From the NCBI RefSeq assembly GCF_963506605.1, contig NC_083276.1, positions 98,766,001 to 98,830,000 of the forward strand: a stretch of DNA of 64,000 nucleotides. The letters run 5' to 3'. Numbering within the stretch: the stretch's first letter is position 1; each line of letters begins with the position of its first letter. A program made the translations under genes and the position numbers. Shown here one piece after another: positions 58,189-64,000 of this stretch. The stretch comes from Zootoca vivipara (Eukaryota). The notes below the pieces were generated by a model that was not told the DNA's origin, ran no database searches, and saw only the letters and a program-made list of their open reading frames with translations.

Positions 58189-61100
58189 ACACAGCTGTAA
58201 AATATGCCCAAAGCTATATTTTCTCTTTCAAATATCTCAAAAGCTGCCAAATCTTTCCTGTGACACCACTTCAGCTTATTGGACACCCAATGGTGAGCTT
58301 GGGTGATGCAGTCAGTTTGCTGTCTTGGAAAGGAGGCCTTTGAGTCTATCATGTTTTTACCCAGCTAATGAGGTCAGAACCTTGGTAAATGTCAAGTTTA
58401 TGAGTAATGTGCCATGGGGGTCATGACCATACATGCAATGGAGTCAATAGAGAGTTGCAATTATAGCACTTATTATTACTAAGGGGGAAAGGTGAAAGCC
58501 ATGTGTTAAAGAAAACTAGAGCACAAAAAACCCTCTATTGTTTAAAAATGTTGTATTCCTCCCCTCGTCCCGCTGAACAAGTAGCAAACATAGATATTAA
58601 ATACAGGAAAACCTAGACAATTTTTAGCACTAGAATTCATGGTCTGATGTCTTCCTAAACCACAGTGTATAGTATTGATTGTTATTTTATTAGTGTACAC
58701 AATGTGCTAGACATTTTATAGACTTAAGTGAAGCTTAGTTTCTGTCAGTGCGACAAAAACTAATTATTTTATTTTAGTCTGCCCTCTAGCAAGACGAAAT
58801 AATAACTTGATTTATATCCTTCAGCCATTCCAAAACATATGGTCCAGAAACCGAAAACACAGCAGCTTGTATACCTGAGAAAACCATCTTGCTTGCAAAT
58901 GTAATTCAAGATGCTGTGAAACTGGCTCCAAAAAACTCACAACGTCTCTCTCTTTCTCTCCTTTGGTGAGAACCTACCGGGTATGTCCTGTCTTGCTAAG
59001 ATGACTCTCAAACTGGAGTCAGTGGGGAGAGGTGGGTACGATGGCAAGAGAAGCTTTGAGGAAAATGCAATGTTCTGTCTACTAAGGAAGATCAGAGCAG
59101 TGAGATATACCAGCATAAACAAGATCTAATTCAGATCCTGGGGCATATTCTAGCATAGACTTTCTATGAAGCTGATTTTCTCAGTTTAGCAAGCAGTTCT
59201 TTTCTTTCCTTCCTTTTTTTTCCTTTGCCTTGCACTCCTTATCACAGCTTTGCAGGGCAGGTCTACATTGCCGTAACATACAGGGCAGCATAAGCTATCT
59301 GCAACTGTAGGAATCGCTCCCCCCCCCCGCCCCCAAACAGTCACTTACTTTAATACAACGTATCAAAGCATTAACATGACTGCTCCTTTAAAAGGTCAAC
59401 AATATAGCCATCTCTGTCACAAAGCAGGCAATTTTGCTGATCACACCTGCTCATCTTAAGCAGCTTACGCTCCCTAAGAAATGTGGGAAATGGGACATGA
59501 TATGAAGCATCTGTTATTTGCTTCATGCCGTATTTTACATGCTAAGAAATACATTTTGTTCTAAAGGTCTGACAACTGAGACAGGTAAAAGAAATAACAA
59601 CAGTGTTGACTGTTGGGCTGTGCGAGTGGTGCAATTCATTTTTACCATCAGGCGTTCAGAAAGAATGAAAAAGCAAATGCTCTCTCCGTCCCAAATCCAT
59701 TTTATGTTACGGGGGTAGCTATCAGGACCCATGAGGCAAAGATGGACAGCTCATTGCCTTTCCATTAGTGCTGCTTTAATAATCTGGTAGTTTTTTAAAT
59801 AGAATGCAGGCCTATTTTATTTCCTTTGCCTTAACAATTGTAACAAGATTCCCCCCCCCCCAAAAAAAGTAATATATGTGGAAAGCTATTTTATTCTTGG
59901 ATTTCTAAAGGTGAACTGATCTGACCCTACCCTTCAGAAACCAGCTCTGACACTACTCCTTGAAAGGCAACCATTGCCCCCCCCCAACTCAGCAACCATA
60001 TCCTCAGAATCATGCAGGAGACATCAGAGGTAGGTGAGGGGAATTATCCTTTTGCAGTTTGGGACCCTCCTCATGGAACTAGATGGGGTTAAAGCTGGGT
60101 TATGAGGGAATTTAAACAGCAGGCTATTTCTGGAGGAAGTGAACTGGAAAGGACTTTTGTTTCTGTTACAGTTGGCAGAATCTATCAGAGCTGGCAGAGA
60201 AACCCAAAAGCAATAGATGAGATTTCTGATAAAGGTAGAGCTAATATAGAATTCTGTTTTCCACCCCCAAAAAAACCCCTCTTCTTTTTAAGTCTGAATT
60301 TAAGGAGGTCATCCAGAAAAAAAATATTGCACAGACTCCCCTCTTATAAGTTCACCTCACGTTCCAAAACTTTCAAAAGACCTGCTCTATTTTCTTACTT
60401 CTACAGTCTCTTTATAACAGATTGCAGGAGAATACAAAGAACAGGTGTCTTTCAGCTGGGATTATATGACGGGAGGAGAAAAGCATGACACCTGTCAGGT
60501 TTCATTTGATCATAAACACAATATTGTTAAATACTGAACCCGAGAGTGACGAATATTTGCTTACTCTCTAGCAAAAAGAGTAAGGCAGTGGCAGGGGGTT
60601 GGGAACATGTGTATGCAGAGCCTTGTTAGGTCAGGCCGAAGGTGTATCTCCTGATCTACTCACAACCAGAAGCCTTTGGGAAGCTTTCAAGCAGGAAATG
60701 AGCACAACACTACTGGCATTCAGAGGCATCCATCTTCTAATGGGTGCCTTATGCCATACATTTTATAATGGCTTCTTTATGGAACCTTTATTCCCAAAGG
60801 AAAGGTCTCTAGTCCTGGAGCTTGTAAGTGGCTTTTGTTTATGTTTGCTCAGTTTCTTTGTACCCACATACAAAGACTGTCACAGCAATAATGGGGCAGA
60901 GTTGGAGTACATCTGTGCTATTAGGGACATGCTAGTTCAAAACACATTTCGCCCTGAAGATGTTCTCTCTTGTTACCTCTGGCTCACCATTACCCTCATA
61001 AAAGCCCAACATAATGAAGATCTGTTGGATCTCTCAGCACTTATCACATTTATTCCTTCACGGCAAACATAAACAAGGATTTTTCAAAGTCTGCTATAAC

Positions 61101-61499
61101 TAAATTGATTTCAATTGGCTTGTTAGAACTAAACTCGGGTCCAGCAAACTGCAGCTCTTTGATTCTGATGTATTATTATAGGAGATGAGAAAGCTGGAAG
61201 ACATCATCTGCTCTCTTGGAACTTTCCTAATACAAGTTGTGTACACAGGCTTTATTAGTAGCTAAAAGCCGGTATTATTGTTGGGCTCCCTGTCCATGAG
61301 AGGCTGCACATGGCTCTTCAACGAAAGTGCTGTTTTCCTGAGACAGGATGTCAAACACTGGGAATTACCGGATTGGGCACAGTTATCAGTCTCCTGGGTT
61401 GAAGGAAGGGAGAAGGGAGATTTGGGAAACTTAAAAATTCACAGAGATGATTGTATTGAATAATTTCGGTGCAGGGAATCTGGGTTCAAATCCTTCCTC

Positions 61500-61850
61500 A
61501 AGTCTGTGTTCACTAGCTATCCTTCACTATGTCACTGGCTGCCTATTACCACACCAGGCTAAGTTCAAGGTGCCCTGTGCAGCGTGGGACCAGGAGACTC
61601 AAAAGATCATATCTCCCCTTATATACTCAATCAATTACTGTGCTCCACAGGGGAGGGCATTCTGCAGATACCATCTTATCAGGATGCCCATGCCACGCAA
61701 TGTAGGAATTAGGCCTTTTGGAATTCTCTCCCCATGAATATTTTCAGCATCTCTGTTGTATTTTCAGCATCTACCAAAGGCCTTCTTTCAACAAGCCCTT
61801 TAAGCTGAAATCTTTCTCAGTCTTCATCTGTATTGGAATTTATTTTTATT
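61500..61850 (+). mobile_element. Highly decayed L2-type fragment
   Basis: cactggctgcct...caggctaagttcaaggtgc remnants of the HWLP...QFKV region. Confidence 0.5.
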
Positions 61851-63149
61851 TTCTTTTTCTTTTAAAAAATAGTTTTTATTGTTTTATCAAGGTATGAATT
61901 TGGTAATGAAATAAGTATTGTACAGTCTCAATTCTCCCAGTGTACAATGGCAGTAATGGTGACCAGTGGCATTTTGAGCAAAATATATTCACCCCAAATC
62001 CTGTGTACCTATAAGCACCTCCCTCATTTTCTTAGAATGGCAATGACACCTGCCTCAGAGGTACCTGAGAGGTGCTGGAACTGAGTTCTGCCTGAAGAAA
62101 AAAAAGTGCTACAAAGTGCTCTTAACTATATTTTAGCTTGAGGAACAAAGAAGGAATAAAAAACAGCTGCGAGCCTGGTAGAGGAAGAATGAAAGCCATA
62201 ATTTAAACTGGTCAGTTCTAAAGTGGCTTTACCCAGCTTGATTTGAGTGCCCCAAAAAACCTTGCAGAATGAATGCCAGTTGCAGGTTCAGGGCTACCGG
62301 TAATTCTAGGCAGAGTGATGCAAATGTCTCAGGAAGCAGATGCTAAGAATAGGGAACAGAGCTCCCTAAATAAGTGCTTGTAGTGCCTTTTGAATGCTCT
62401 TAAAATAGGAACAAAGAAAACACAGGAGAGAATGAGTTTCTCAGTGAGGCTGCCTGACTAAAATATATGGTGTGTAATATGCACATATAAGTCCTATCAG
62501 AGGTCTATCTAGCCCAGTACCGCCTATTCTGACTCAGGACCAGCCCAAGGCAACTTTGCTGAGTACTGTAGGAAAACATGGCACTTCCCCATCCCCTGCT
62601 CCATTCAATCTAAAGAAAGCAACTAGACTGCCCGTTGAATCTTGTTTCAACAATGGGGTCCACCACAACTGAAGGCAGCAAACTATTTTTCTATAGCAGG
62701 CTTATAACCAAATCCTTTCTCTGGCCAAGAGACAGTTGCTTTACTTGCATAATGTGGAAGGAAAAGAGGCATATTGATCTTCCAGCATGTGCATTTTCTT
62801 TGTATAGAAAACCAATCAAGGCCAATAAAGAACTAATATGAATGGATGTTGGGGTTCAACATGTAAACAACTGGACTGAAAGACAAATGAGATCAATGGA
62901 AAACTTTGGATTTTACTAACAAGGTAGTATGTGTGCTTGTGTGTGGGCACACATAGGTCTTTTTTCAGCTGTAACAACACACATTTATGCATTTATTTAC
63001 ACATTATATGATAATATGTTACAGCTAATGAATGTGTTCCAGGTTATATGTGTCAAGTTATAGCTTTAGTGGATTGTAACAATGTAAGCTAAAATTGTAT
63101 GTTAGTGGTTAAATTTCTGAGGAGTCACCTAAAACAGTTTTAGTTTGCC

Positions 63150-63820
63150 CTTCATAATTTTATATATTTATTTTATAGGATTTATATTCCTCCATTCATC
63201 ATAGAAGATCTCACGGCAAGCAACAACAATTAAAAAGCCAAAAATATGAATACAATTAAAATAGTCAAAATATATTATAACTCTCATTTGTCAGGAAGGC
63301 CCTTTGGTGGGTTATCAATCATTTGACCTAATATCGCAGTAGGATTAGTATGCCCAGCAGATTTCAGCATCAAAATAGCTCAATATGGGAAGAAATAATC
63401 TTTTAAGTAGGCCACAATTTGTTTGGGGCATTGCATGTCAGAAGAAACATCTTGTATTGGTCTTAGTGAGGAACAGGAAGCCAGTAAAGATCTTTAAGGA
63501 CCAATATTACATTACATTTTGCGCAAGCTTCAGTCTCTGAATTGCCTTCCAGAGTCACCTCATTTACAAATGAGGAGGATACTAGGCCATGAAAACCAAG
63601 GGCAGTCTATATCTGTCCAGAATGGCCATAGCAAGAAAACCAGCCACATCTGGAAAAGGTACTCCACATCACTGAGTCCACTTAGGCTTCAAGTGACTGT
63701 GCAGAATCTAGGAGCACCTCTAGAATATCCTTTAGGAAGAGTGTGATCCCATCTACCACACACCACCTTTCTATTTCTTCTCTGAAACTGGCTCTGTAGA
63801 GCCTCCAATTCCCAACCCAC
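63150..63820 (-). mobile_element. Highly decayed LINE (probably L2) fragment
   Basis: A/T-rich tail-like segment plus patches resembling antisense L2 ORF2 (ggaagccagtaaagatctttaagga). Confidence 0.4.
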
Positions 63821-64000
63821 AGAGCTGGTCCAGGTGGGTACCATGGCCAATGGGCAAGTGAGTGATTAAGGAGAACAAATAAGGCAACACTCTACTGTGT
63901 ACCTCTTCTGAAAGAGATCACTTAAGGTAACTGTAGATAAAGTGGGGCTTTGACATTTATGTGAGGCAAGCAAGACTGAAATCGACAACTCTGCTCCGCT

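Noticed and set aside
60599-61072. 157-aa ORF, and the 128-aa ORF at 60102-60488
   Set aside because: No recognisable motifs or convincing splice context; compatible with chance.
1-64000. Additional LRP1B exons, tRNA or rRNA genes, CRISPR arrays
   Set aside because: None recognised by eye. The tRNA-like boxes all belong to SINE heads. Small exons could have been missed without alignment.

Overview
AT-rich vertebrate DNA, almost certainly squamate (lizard), because it carries Sauria/Squam-type SINEs, L2, CR1 and BovB ends and many MITEs. The window appears to lie inside the LRP1B gene on the minus strand. Its only recognisable host exon is a 120-bp LDL-receptor class A exon at 17121-17240 (LRP1B exon 2-like), so the rest is inferred to be intron 2 (left) and intron 1 (right). 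The standout is a very young, intact Penelope-like retroelement (Neptune-type) at 51780-55351. It has a 901-aa RT + Zn-finger + GIY-YIG ORF, identical 254-bp pseudo-LTRs, a perfect 290-bp inverted repeat with an 8-nt spacer, a target-site duplication, and three minimal type-I hammerhead ribozymes. Two of the ribozymes define a 3030-nt unit containing the whole ORF, in the same sense as the host pre-mRNA. The second main signal is two diverged copies of a non-coding DIRS/Ngaro-like repeat (27333-28097 and about 41373-42208). They share covarying helices, an ENE-like U-rich internal loop and a long-range stem reaching the poly(A) signal. Also present are a U2 snRNA 5' fragment fused head-to-head with a LINE end, a 'palindrome of palindromes' hAT MITE and several nested insertions. 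All family assignments come from recognition by eye, not database searches.
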